A stretch of 64,000 nucleotides of DNA from Antedon mediterranea. Its lineage: Eukaryota; Animalia; Echinodermata. The notes under the pieces were generated by a model that worked only from the letters and a program-made list of their open reading frames with translations, had not been told where the DNA came from and did not search any database. Location: contig NC_092673.1 of NCBI RefSeq assembly GCF_964355755.1, positions 7,626,001-7,690,000 of the forward strand, given 5' to 3'. Of this stretch, positions 1 through 10,683 are shown piece after piece. Both the position numbers and the translations under genes were made by a program. Numbering within the stretch: position 1 is the stretch's first letter; each line of letters begins with the position of its first letter.

Positions 1-1095
1 GCGGCCCGGGCTCCCCTGATTTCGTTTCCGTCGGCACATCATCGCGGCCGTCGGCAAACAAAGGTGCCGGGGAAAAAAATAAACTATTTATTCTGACAAT
101 AATTGAACTGTAAACATAATTCTTTTGAGTGTTTGTTTATTTACATATCATATCATCATTGATCCCTTCAGATCAACTATTTTTTATTTTCATTACATCT
201 AACGAAACACGTAAAAAATGTGTAGCACGTACGTACGGCCGTACGCGGTAGATTGTTTACTCAAAAGTCTTTGACCTTACCCTAAAACATTGTTTTTGCA
301 TGCAGTTGAGCCTCTCATGACCTGGGATTTGTATGTCTTCCTACGCTAAGAGATTATATAGTTCCACATGCCATGTGCTTTTTTGTCTAAGATATATTTA
401 TTATAAGTGCCAAAAACCCGGTTTTTTTTCTCGATATGAGGCCTTTATTATTCAAAATTTTTAAAGAAAAAGCACATATACCATAAAAAATATCCATGTA
501 TTTCATTTTTGGAACAGAATATTCCGTGAGGCTCAACTACAAAACCACCATTTTGTGATATGATGTCATCGTAAGCCAATCAAAGCTGAGCTTTCTCGCG
601 ATTGGCATTGCTCACGGTTGAATGATTTAGGATTCTAGCTGATTTGATTGGTGGATGCGAATCACCCACAGCGGAATGTTTTCTCTCGCGCGTGTACCAT
701 GAATCTCTCTGATCGTTACTACACAAAGTTAGAGCAATGAATTTGTCCGAATTCCGTTAAGTAAACAACTTTATATATTTTATAAGCATTTAATAACATG
801 TTTTATTGATATTTCCAATGGTGATATATAAAATAAATTACTAAAAAACGTAATTATATGTAATTATTTTAACCAAAAATGGCGTAGTTAATAGAATTGT
901 CGACTGAGGCCGCAAATTGTTTTACTTCTTTCGTGGCTAAAAACGATCATTTTCGGCGATGTTTTAGACCCTATAGGCCTATTTCGAAAACTACAAATCA
1001 GATTTTCCTAATTCTTTCTTTATTGTAATATGAATACAACATACTAACAGATAATGTTGGTTTGGTTTTAATTTTGCATCGTTATCCCATATAAG
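1..1095. mobile_element. Possible non-autonomous DNA transposon fragment truncated by the window edge
   Basis: CpG-rich relative to background; 11-bp inverted repeat AGTTGAGCCTC (304-314 / 528-538); several CCAAT/ATTGG motifs. No second terminus is visible. Confidence 0.3.
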
Positions 1096-1155
1096 ACAAT
1101 ATGACTATGTAATCCTAGAACATATATTGATACGAGACGTCGTGTATGTACAGAT

Positions 1156-1367
1156 AATAGAGAGCTTTCGCTATCTCGGATCGGGAACGAGAACCAGCAT
1201 TAATTACCGGTTCTCGATCTCGTACTCGTTCAAAAAACCCTTACTTTCTCGGCGGCTCGTTCCCGATCGAGATAGCGAAAGCTCTCTATTATTCTTAAAA
1301 CGAGATCGAGAACCGGTAATTAATGCTGGTTCTCGTTCCCGATCCGAGATAGCGAAAGCTCTCTATT
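1156..1367. mobile_element. MITE with TAGAGAGCTTTCG termini plus an extra inverted copy of its left end
   Basis: 1156-1223 is the exact reverse complement of 1300-1367 (68 bp). A second right-end copy (CTCGTTCCCGATCGAGATAGCGAAAGCTCTCTA) lies at about 1256-1290. Confidence 0.8.
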
Positions 1368-1397
1368 GACACCAATTTTGTCGGCAAATTGGCAATT

Positions 1398-1439
1398 CCC
1401 CCCCCCCCCCCCAACTTCAAAATCCTGGATACGCCACTG
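1398..1439 (-). mobile_element. Terminal fragment of a CAGTGGCG-type (hAT-like) MITE
   Basis: C15 followed by ...AAAATCCTGGATACGCCACTG; a related fragment CCCCC...AAAACCTAGATTCGCCACTG lies at 30518-30551. Confidence 0.5.
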
Positions 1440-1669
1440 CTCTGATGAACGTACAGTGGAACCCTCTTCCTTCGAAGGCACGTGTCTAAAGTGTTATGAT
1501 GTAGCCTAAAAAATGTGAAATCCTCCTATTATGTTGATATCAATTAGAAATCTAATATTATTACAATTATGAAAAATAAAAAAATGTGCAAAACATAATA
1601 AATAAATAAATGAAAAACGTACAACACAACATTTAAAAAGGAAAGTAGAGGAAGTTCAGTTGCATAAAT

Positions 1670-1956
1670 ATGACAAACCCATGTGGACGCGACTATACTG
1701 AAACGAGCACAATAAAGGAAGATGAAATGAGAAGATGATGGCTACAGTAGGACATAGGTTAAGGAAACCGACATCGCAAGACATGCGCTGACTTGGAAGA
1801 GGAGGAAAAGATGACGGAGAAAGTATAATCTGTCTAAAATAAATGTTCATACCAAGTAAGTTTAGACGATCCTAATGAACAGAAACCTGGAAGGCACTTG
1901 ATGGCAGCCTATATCCCTGGTGGCGTAAAATGCTTAACGTATAGTGAGGTGAGGCG
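1670..1956 (+). mobile_element. Decayed 3' end of an RTE-clade LINE
   Basis: Frameshifted motifs GHRLRKP (1750), RHALTW (1779) and NR..WKALDGSLYP (about 1878-1917) resemble the RTE C-terminal GH.LRKP...RQALTW...DR..W+.LV..L.P pattern; short GTGAG tail repeats follow. Confidence 0.6.
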
Positions 1957-1989
1957 AGTCCCGTATTCATGAACGTAGGGAAATGATCT

Positions 1990-2180
1990 GTTAGGAGCTC
2001 ATTGTACTAAGCCTCGGCATTATGTGGTAGGGTGACCAGTTCCTTTCCACGCCGCCTTTTTTCTCCCTAGTATTTTCAACCAGGTATTCATTTACAGCTG
2101 AGTGGACTGGGAGTTGTCGGGAATTGAACCTGGGTCTATCTATATGACAGTCAAGTGTCCTAACCACTCGGCTTTCCAAC
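1990..2180 (-). mobile_element. tRNA-derived SINE
   Basis: A-box-like AGCCGAGTGG (2173-2164) and B-box GGTTCAATTCC (2130-2120), followed by a SINE-like body CCACTCAGCTGTAAATGAATACCTG...GGAACTGGTCACCCTACC. Confidence 0.7.
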
Positions 2181-2328
2181 TCCTGTAAACGTATATTAAT
2201 GACCAGAAACGCTGGAGGGCACTTGATGTGGTATAAATGGGCTTGAACCCATGCATATCACATGCTAGTCTGATATTATCACCATCACTCTAAGGCGGTA
2301 TATACAGCATATGTACAGCACGCCACGC

Positions 2329-2397
2329 AACTGGGCCCAACCATGCTTAAATTCGGTGATCTGACGCGAGAACCGGTGTTTCGTATAGTAATGGACA
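2329..2397 (-). pseudogene. 5S rRNA-derived fragment (5' ~70 nt), pseudogene or SINE head
   Basis: Minus strand CCATTACTATACGAAACACCGGTTCTCGCGTCAGATCACCGAATTTAAGCATGGTTGGGCCCAGTT matches the invertebrate 5S pattern ACACCGGTTCTCGTCCGATCACCGAAGTTAAGC...GGGCC.GTT; the 3' half is absent. Confidence 0.75.
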
Positions 2398-2670
2398 GAA
2401 ACACTTTGAAAAACACATTACGGCCTATACAGTAGCATAGGCGGCGTCGCATGGAAACTGTTTCCTAATGCTTCCGTTCTCTTGAAATAATATAACTGCT
2501 TAAAGGTAAAAATATTAAGTCTTAGGAGAAACCCGATTTCGATATACAGTACAGCATAAATAAACTAAAAACAATAACTTCCGATCGCTATCTTGTGGTA
2601 TTGCAACAAAACTCGAATGTTGTTTAACTATTTCATATATTGTACGTACACAAAGATGACAGCCGGCAAT

Positions 2671-2911
2671 GGGACCCCGGTATTCTCTTCTCTCCGCCGG
2701 TGGCTTCATGCTCTTACACTCGCGTTGCATTTACAAACTTGCATATCAAGCGAATGACGAAAGAGGATAAGAGCATTAGGAATGAATATAAAAGCATGAT
2801 GTATAGTTATAAGAGCATAAAAGAGTGTATAAGAGCATGAGAGAGCATAACGAAAGAGTATAAAAGCATTAAAGCATGACGTCACCGAATAGAAGAGATT
2901 ACCGGCGTTCC
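2671..2911. mobile_element. MITE with ~40-bp imperfect TIRs and an internal AAGAGCAT micro-repeat
   Basis: Left GGGACCCCGGTATTCTCTTCT...TCATGCT versus right reverse complement GGAACGCCGGTAATCTCTTCT...TCATGCT; AT flanks both sides; A(A/G)AGCAT repeats at 2761-2879. Confidence 0.7.
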
Positions 2912-5584
2912 ATACCTTGCATTTGAACTTACTTACTTAAGTAGAAATATTTGTTTTAAACCTTTCTACCAATTATTTATTTTAATATTTTCGGTCACAT
3001 TTAATAATTTTTCTTCCGATTGCGATTAATATACGATTTAAAGACATATCCAAAGGAGAGTGATTCTATAGTCACTTTCTTCTGTTTTGATTGATCGCAA
3101 GGCGCCTGACTCACGAAAGAAAAGTGGGCGAGAGTTTTAGGCTGAGTTTACCATGATACTTAGAAAGATAAATAGCCGACTGCTACGGGCCGAATACCCT
3201 GCCTAGCAAGATTAATACCGACATATTTAACACTTCTAACTACGCGCTGTAGGAAAAACAAGCTCTGGGCGACAAGTTTGTAGTGTGAAAAGTAAAAGCT
3301 ACCGATCAGTCTTTTCCGGAAGAGAAATTTCCCCTCTAATTGAGATGCAAGTTCACCATAGATGAGAAAGGAGAAGAAAAAAACATTTAAAAATGTTACG
3401 ACTTCGTTTTTAATCAGACTAACGATAGTGTTGGCTAACAAATTTTATGTATTAAAAAACAGACAGTCGGAAATAAAGTAAAAGCCGTATTCAGAAGTAA
3501 TTATTCACTCTCTCTGTTTTTGTTTTAATTCTGTATACTGATTTAAACGATGAACTACGTGATAAATTTGGCACGTTCACGAAAAAACCAGTTAAATAAT
3601 CTTCTCTGAAAAATGAGTCTGAAAATAAAGCTATATGAAGCGCTTAACAATCAATTTAACAATTCTAAAACTTAACAAGCAAACAAAAAAATCATATGTA
3701 ATCCCTACGGGAATCTTTATGAAATTAATATTCATATGTGGAAGTCTTTTAAAACATTTTTGGCACATTCGCCTAGTTGCTACATATACTAATTAATAAC
3801 ATTACTCAGGCTTTGTGAGTTAATTACACCATTATCAATCGTAATTACATCACGTGATGCTAACTGGCCAATCGAACATTTTTCAGGAAGTTGAATAAGT
3901 TAAGTTGAATACTGTACACGAATTCATTCGCCAGTATGAATCGAGCAATCGATTTTACACGTCACACATGTAACTATACACATTTATAAATTATAATCAG
4001 TCATCTGCTTAATAAAGTAACACTCATTGTGATTGGTTGTAAGTTTGACTACTAGTTAAGGTCACGTGTCGTTACTACTCTTGAGTTAGCAACTTGTCAG
4101 CAAAAATTATGAATAAAATACTTCAAATGCAAAGGTGTTGATCTAAAGGTATATAATCAATTTTACAATGTCAGGTGTTTTGAGGTAGATATTTCGAAAT
4201 ACAATATTATCAGTGTTGAGTTATGCAGTGGATTTTTTTCTTTGCGTGTTTAAATACATTTGTTTTACACTATTACCCTAATGATCGAATAAGCTCGCCG
4301 AAGTTCAGTAGAGTAATATTCGCCACACTAATTTTGATGATGCGAGAAGTCGTAATTAATTTGAACATTATAACGGCCAAATTAATAGTACTGTAAAGCC
4401 AGGCCTACAGTAAGCTGAAAACGTCATTCAAGTAATTCACCGAATAAGCGCTGCGCAAGTGCAAAAAACCTCTAGCATTTTATGTTTTGCTTGTTCGATC
4501 AGTTACGGTATTATTTATGTATGTTTTCTTTTTCTTTACTCATAATACTAATAGAATAATAAATGTATTAAACCAAACTAATATTCTAGTGAAAAATGAA
4601 TTTAAATGTGTATATTGGTATTCAGTGTCGTCGCAGGTGTCATTCACGCGACATTCTCTTTAAAATGCTGTTACCATACGTGACAAACTATCAACAATTC
4701 ATTCGTACTTAACAACCATGTTAACAACTAAACCTCTCCTCAAAACATTAACGTATCCCGGATGTTCACATTTTTATCGTTCTTAAGCTGGAAGCTAAGG
4801 CAATATTTTAGCTTAATCCCTCTATGTAAGAAAAAAATGGCAAAGGGGTAATTACGTAGGGGAAAATGCGCACAAAGGGGCAATTACATGAATTCCCTTT
4901 AAACATTATTTACTGCTTTCATGAATATTGTTTACCAATACAAATAAGGAGTTTCATGAATTGGTTTCTGTTTAATACCAATACATAATATTTCAATGTA
5001 TTACAAAAATAAAAGTATTTACTCTTTAAACGAAACAACAAAATATTCCTAATTTGGGATGTTTTTTATTCTAAAATATCATATTAGTTGTCTTAAACAA
5101 AATACCCTAATTATAAAACGGAGACGCTTGAAAGGAAATTAATCTACCCCACCCACCACCCAACGCATCTTGATCAGATGTTTAGAAATAGAACACCTCA
5201 TTAAGAGTTTTTACCGGCCACCTCTGTGGTCAGTGGGAACGTAGCTTAAGAAACATAAGTATAATTGACGCATCTGTATAATAAAAGCAATCATTTTTAT
5301 CCGTGTTGGAACGCACGCGCCAAATTCTTATTAATGGTGTCAACTGTTTAAAAAGCATTTTAAACATAAAAAACTACCGTAAAAATAAAACAAAAGGCAC
5401 ACATAAGTGATTTCTGTCAAAGGTCATCCAGTAGTAACACCCAACGCCCTCTATACATCCTTTTATGTTTACCCAGAGAAGCAACATAACAGAGCAGCTC
5501 CAGTAAAAATAAGTATTTATAAACATCAAATTAAATACAATGCTAAACACATTGAACAAAAAATGTTTCAATTTAGGTTAATAA

Positions 5585-5673
5585 TAGGGAGTTTTCGATT
5601 CGCGACGACAAAGCAGCGACTACCAATTATTATTCGCACAATAAACTAGCATGACGTAGTTATATAAATCGAA

Positions 5674-5714
<41 letters not shown>

Positions 5715-5746
5715 TGGTCGTCGGTCGTCGAATCGAAAGCTCACTA
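5585..5746. mobile_element. MITE (TAGNGAGYTTTCGATT termini) containing (GATT)10
   Basis: Left TAGGGAGTTTTCGATTCGCGACGAC versus right reverse complement TAGTGAGCTTTCGATTCGACGAC; microsatellite at 5675-5714; related solo ends (AATCGAAAGCT) near 50844 and 58088. Confidence 0.7.
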
Positions 5747-6606
5747 ACACTGGGCGTTTAAACGTAAAAAAAATGACGTTTTAGTTTCAGTAATACTTCT
5801 GTTAGTTCTATTTAACAACGTTATATTATCTGAAAGGCAATTTTAATTTTTCTTCCCAAAACAGACAGGTAACATCAACTGAAAATAGCAGCATGTATTA
5901 CAAGTTTGAAAGGGAAAAAAACTTAACAAAAATAGAAAATACTGCTTATGCATTCTACATCTACATCAAGGTACAAACATATTTACAATTGGTTACTGTA
6001 CGATGAATATTCATGATATGTAAATCACACACCATGCCATATAAGGAGATTCACAACAATAACTGTCACCCTATTCACACCTCATAAAAATTGATTTTGT
6101 TTTCTTTATACATTGTATGTTAATATGCAGCCATACTGCAAGTTACTTTTTAGTATTCACACTTTAATTATGAATATTTAAATTTATGCAAACTAAAAAA
6201 TTTAAATATGCGCTCTTAAGTTATTAATTTCATGCATAATTGATTACAATTCTTTACAGAAAATTTATCATAAACTGCTGAAATTTCCTTTCAAAATCTA
6301 TGCAGTATTTTTTTCAAATTGATTTTCCACGACTACTGTTAGTTATATTCAGTCATCAATAAAATAAAATTGATAGGAAAATCTATATAAATACCCTTTT
6401 AATTGGTTTTCCCCCAAATTTTAATCAGACACAACAATAGTTACCAATCCGCCTTTTTTTTGGACTAGTTTTCCCATTTAACAGACACACCAGAGTTATA
6501 TAACATAAATGATACGTGCGATCTGGGTTAGACTCTATATGAGATGCAATCCTCTATATTTTTTACAATTTACATAACCATGTCAAGATTCAATTTTTTT
6601 GCTGCA

Positions 6607-7010
6607 ATGAATATTCATAATGTGGGTGGAGCTTCAACTCACTTTCAAATGCATTATACAACCTCCAAATTCCAGATACACAAGTAGATTCACTTTTGCA
6701 GATGATCTAACATGAATATTCATAATGTGGGTGGAGCTTCAACTCACTTACAAAAGTATACAACCTTAAAAAAATAACATAGGTATAAGTAGATATCATT
6801 TGTGTAAAAGATCTAACATGAATATTCATGAAGGAATAAAAAAATTACACTTTTGACCCATTGCATGTAAATGAATCATCATGAATATTCATGCTTAACA
6901 ATCATCAGAATTGACAATCACATTTTACAGTAAATGTATTGATCAATATTCATCCAAAAACATAATGCATTTTTCATCATGAATATGCACTGTTCATCAT
7001 GAATATGCAT
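6607..7010. repeat. Degenerate ~105-bp tandem repeat and cluster of ATGAATAT(T/G)CAT palindromes
   Basis: ATGAATATTCAT at 6607, 6712, 6818 and 6881 (also 6003); variants at 6979 and 6999; ATGAATATTCATAATGTGGGTGGAGCTTCAACTCACTT repeated exactly at 6607 and 6712. Confidence 0.85.
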
Positions 7011-7569
7011 ACCAGTTTGTTATAAATACTTTTGAAAGTGGATAAATAGCTGATTCAGGCATACATACTCAAAACAATTTTAGAAACGCTCCATTGTGCA
7101 GCCTTACACTATCGTTAATTCAATTTTCATTAGTTTGTTGGCATTAAGATGCCTTTAAAGTTGAAACCCATTTGGTACCATAAAGTATAATAGATAAAGA
7201 TTTGGCAGGTGTTCAGTATGAAGTATATTCACCCAAGTCTTATATAACCATGATGATAGCACCATTTAAATCAGGCTAAACTATGTCAGTCTGTTACAAC
7301 ACAAAGACATAGTTTAAGATTATAAGTTGCGATATTGATTAAATAAAATTTCAGACATGAATCTGTAATTTTGTGTTCATTTCATACATCTGTTTGGTTG
7401 AGGTATAACCAATAATTAGGTTCATATGTCTTCAATTAAGGGCTTCTTCAGCGTCAGTAACTTAATATATTTCAAGAATCGCCCTCTATATAGGTCATTC
7501 CTATTCAAAAACTGTCCACGACATATTATACAATTTAAAAATAGTTGTTAGCAAACTTTTTGACAACTT

Positions 7570-7743
7570 TTAGTGTTTTCCTTGACTATCGCGAGAATTA
7601 CTGTTATCTTCATCTAACGTCTGCAATCCTGCAAAATCATTCCAACTTTCCCCTCCTTCGCCGTTACTCCCCCCGTTACTACCTTGATGCACCTTGTCAT
7701 CACTACGTGGCGACCTCTGATTGGTGTGCTCGTGCGTTGAGTC
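7570..7743 (-). CDS. PBX: Probable terminal PBX coding exon (exon 9 equivalent)
   Basis: GC-richer open frame after acceptor TTTATTTGATGTTGCAG|GAC; phase 0 matches the exon-8 donor; DSTHEHTNQRSPRSDDKVHQGSNGGSNGEGGESWNDFAGLQTLDEDNSNSRDSQGKH*. NGG...W(N/Q)D weakly echoes PBX1a ANGGWQD. Confidence 0.7.
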   Translation of the reverse strand, partial: DSTHEHTNQRSPRSDDKVHQGSNGGSNGEGGESWNDFAGLQTLDEDNSNSRDSQGKH

Positions 7744-10207
7744 CTGCAACATCAAATAAAATTAATTTGCATTATTGTTAATATTTTTTATAACTTGATG
7801 CTGTAATTTTAACCCTTTGCGTCTCTTTTAATTAAGGAACAATATCAAATAGCATAGATGGATGTGCCGGACATCCCTGGCCAGTTATGAATATATAAAT
7901 AATTTACTTTATTGCATTTGAAAGATGTATGAATTTTCTATTTTCATTTCATTTCATTTCATTTCTGTCCACATTGAATGGTCAGGTACGTGCAGATAGA
8001 GTAAAATACTGTAAGGTTCATTAGTTTTAATTGAACCTGGCCTGAAAGCGGGTCATTTTTACAAGGAAATGATAACAAACAACTAAGCAATACTCACTTC
8101 ATCTTGGAATTCCACTGAACATGCTAATCAGTGATAAATGATGGATGGGTTTCAAAGATGACAACAAAAGCATAAGGTGCAACGATGTATGAATTAAAAT
8201 TAACTAAAAAAGTTGTGAAAAAGGTCATTGATGAACTTTTAACACTTGCAATGCAATGACACATTGAATGAATCAGAATTCATGCTGTTATGAACGCAAG
8301 TGAAAAAAAAAACAACATGCAAGCATCTATAGATGCACTTTCACTCTTTAGCTGTAACAAAATGAATTGTTAAATTGAATAAATTTGAATTAAAAATGTA
8401 ACTGTAAATGGTTAAATAAGCTTTAGGGAATTTTATAAAATTATAATTAATATCTTGTTGTTTTTGTGGAATGATGTTATTGTTAATTTCCTGTTTCTGT
8501 ATGTTTTGTATATGAATGTACTATCCGAAATAAAGAAAATAAATGGATTTGTGAATGAATAAATATTACTATAACATTGGAGATTCAGTACTTTAACTTA
8601 TATGGTTATCTGCATTTTCAATTTAGCGCTTGTTTATCCTATTGTGTTTATATTATGTATATATCTTACAGTATTGAGGCAATCTTTAATTTGGAATGAA
8701 ATTTAGATATTATCTATTATCAATTAAAATATGAAAAGTTACTGGTAAAGTAAATAAGTAAGCCTCAAATTTGGCCAACTATCATTATACCAGCTTTATC
8801 ATCATCTACACCACAAAGAACAAATGCAGTGATCATTGTCCAGCCGAGCCTTTTTAACCAATCATTGGTGTTGGGTAATTGAAATGCATTGAATCAAGCA
8901 TACTACCTACGCTATAACCTAAAACACGTGAAAAGACAAAGTTAACGGCACATAAAAGGTTGATAAAGATGTGTGTGCGATTTGACGGCTATATCCTGAT
9001 AAAATAGTAATGTTGGTATAAAATCTACCATTAAAAATAAATAAAATCATGCAGTTATGAAATGATGTTGCTATAAAATCTAACCTAATAGAAAATACAA
9101 GATTAAAACATCAGATAATTTCAAAGATAAATTTAACAAATCTTTAAATAATTCCTTTGTATAATAAAAAAAAATGTCTAAAATGATAGAATTTGGTTTT
9201 TTTTCTTTAACAAATCTTTAAATAATTCTTATATAATCTTTTTAAAAAATGATAAAGTAATTATCTAAAATGATTGGATCTAAATTGTTCCCCTCATTTA
9301 AAAAAAATAAATAAATAAAGGCATTATAAGTGATATACAACTAATCCAAACAGAGGCGGGTAGAGATTGCAAAGTGTAGAAAATCCGTAAGGAAATGTTA
9401 ATAATCCTAGGAAAACCCAAAGATAACCTTAAAATTAATTCCAATTGATACCAACATGACAGCACATTTGTCAGTTCCTGAAAATTGGTATCTTTGGATT
9501 TTGTTACGGATTAAACTGAGAAATTGTCCAAAATTAGGTTTTAGTCTTGTAACTTGTAAAAACAGTAGAATCTCTATTCTAAAAAAAAATGGTCTCCGAA
9601 ATAGAGGAGTCCACTAAATAGAAGGGGTGTATTTTTAAATTGTCCGATGTTCCAAATGGGAAGATTGGTAATGAATTTTAAAATATATTTGTTTAGTTTC
9701 TTTAATATTACTTAAAAATCTTATATTACTAAATAATAACCTACAACAACGCTATCAAACAGAACAATTACTTTTTAAATATTTTAAGATGAATGTACAA
9801 TAAAAATCTCCATTCTATTTTATTAAAACATTTTAATAGATGAAATTGAATATTAATTTCACTGAATCCTATAACATTAAAATTGTACAAATAAAAATAA
9901 ACAATAGTATATTATTATGAAAAAATACAAAATGTTAAAAAAACAGTCATTTTACAATCACATAGATACAAAATATACATTTTACATGTTAATAATTTTC
10001 TAGTATGGTAATAGTAAATAAAAAAAGAAACAGCACCCATTAATTTTACAAAAACACATCAGCCAGTAAAAGAAGGCCTATACATCATGTTTTAAATACT
10101 TTTACAAGATAGTTTAAAAGTTTGACTGTAATTATGTATAAATTCTTATTTAGGATCATACCAATTGTGATGGAAATTAAAAACACTCAAAATGATCTAA
10201 TATCCAA

Positions 10208-10683
10208 CATCGAGTGTTACATAAATGTAAATCAAGTGTTCCTTAAATGTAAATCGAGTGTCACTTGAATGTACATCAAGTGTTCCTTAAATGTAAATCG
10301 AGTGTCACTTGAATGTACATCAAGTTTTACTTAAATGTAAATTGATTCTTCATAGCAAAGAACACACTAATTGTTGCTTAATGAAAATTGAGTGTTGCTT
10401 ATTATTAATATTAAGTGTTACTTAAATGTACATCAAGTGTTACTTAAATGCACAAGTGCTTCTTAAATGTACATCGAGTATTACTTAAATGTATCTAGTA
10501 TTACTTAAATGTACATCGAGCATTACTTACATGCACATTGAGCATTACTTAAATGTACATTGAGCGTTACTCAAATGCACATCGAGTGTTACTTAAATGT
10601 ACATTGAGCATTACTTAAATGTACATTGAGCGTTACTTAAATGTACATTGTGTGTTACTTAAATGTACATCGAGTGTTACTTA
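10208..10683. repeat. 22-bp minisatellite (GAGTGTTACTTAAATGTACATC), about 20 degenerate copies
   Basis: Direct head-to-tail units without unique spacers; includes a duplicated 44-bp dimer near 10234-10321. Confidence 0.92.

Noticed and set aside
1127-1369. 80-aa ORF
   Set aside because: By-product of the palindromic MITE; TTG start and no domain.
1442-1490. CTGATGA as a hammerhead core (also 7445, 16225, 23401)
   Set aside because: No properly placed stem II plus GAAA and cleavage triplet.
1990-2298. tRNA genes
   Set aside because: A/B boxes are present but there is no complete cloverleaf or acceptor stem; the sequence continues into a SINE body.
2329-2397. Functional 5S rRNA gene
   Set aside because: The 3' half including box C is missing and an insertion is present.
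10208-10683. 22-bp repeat array as a possible CRISPR array
   Set aside because: Units are head-to-tail with no unique spacers, no cas genes are present, and the context is a eukaryotic intron.
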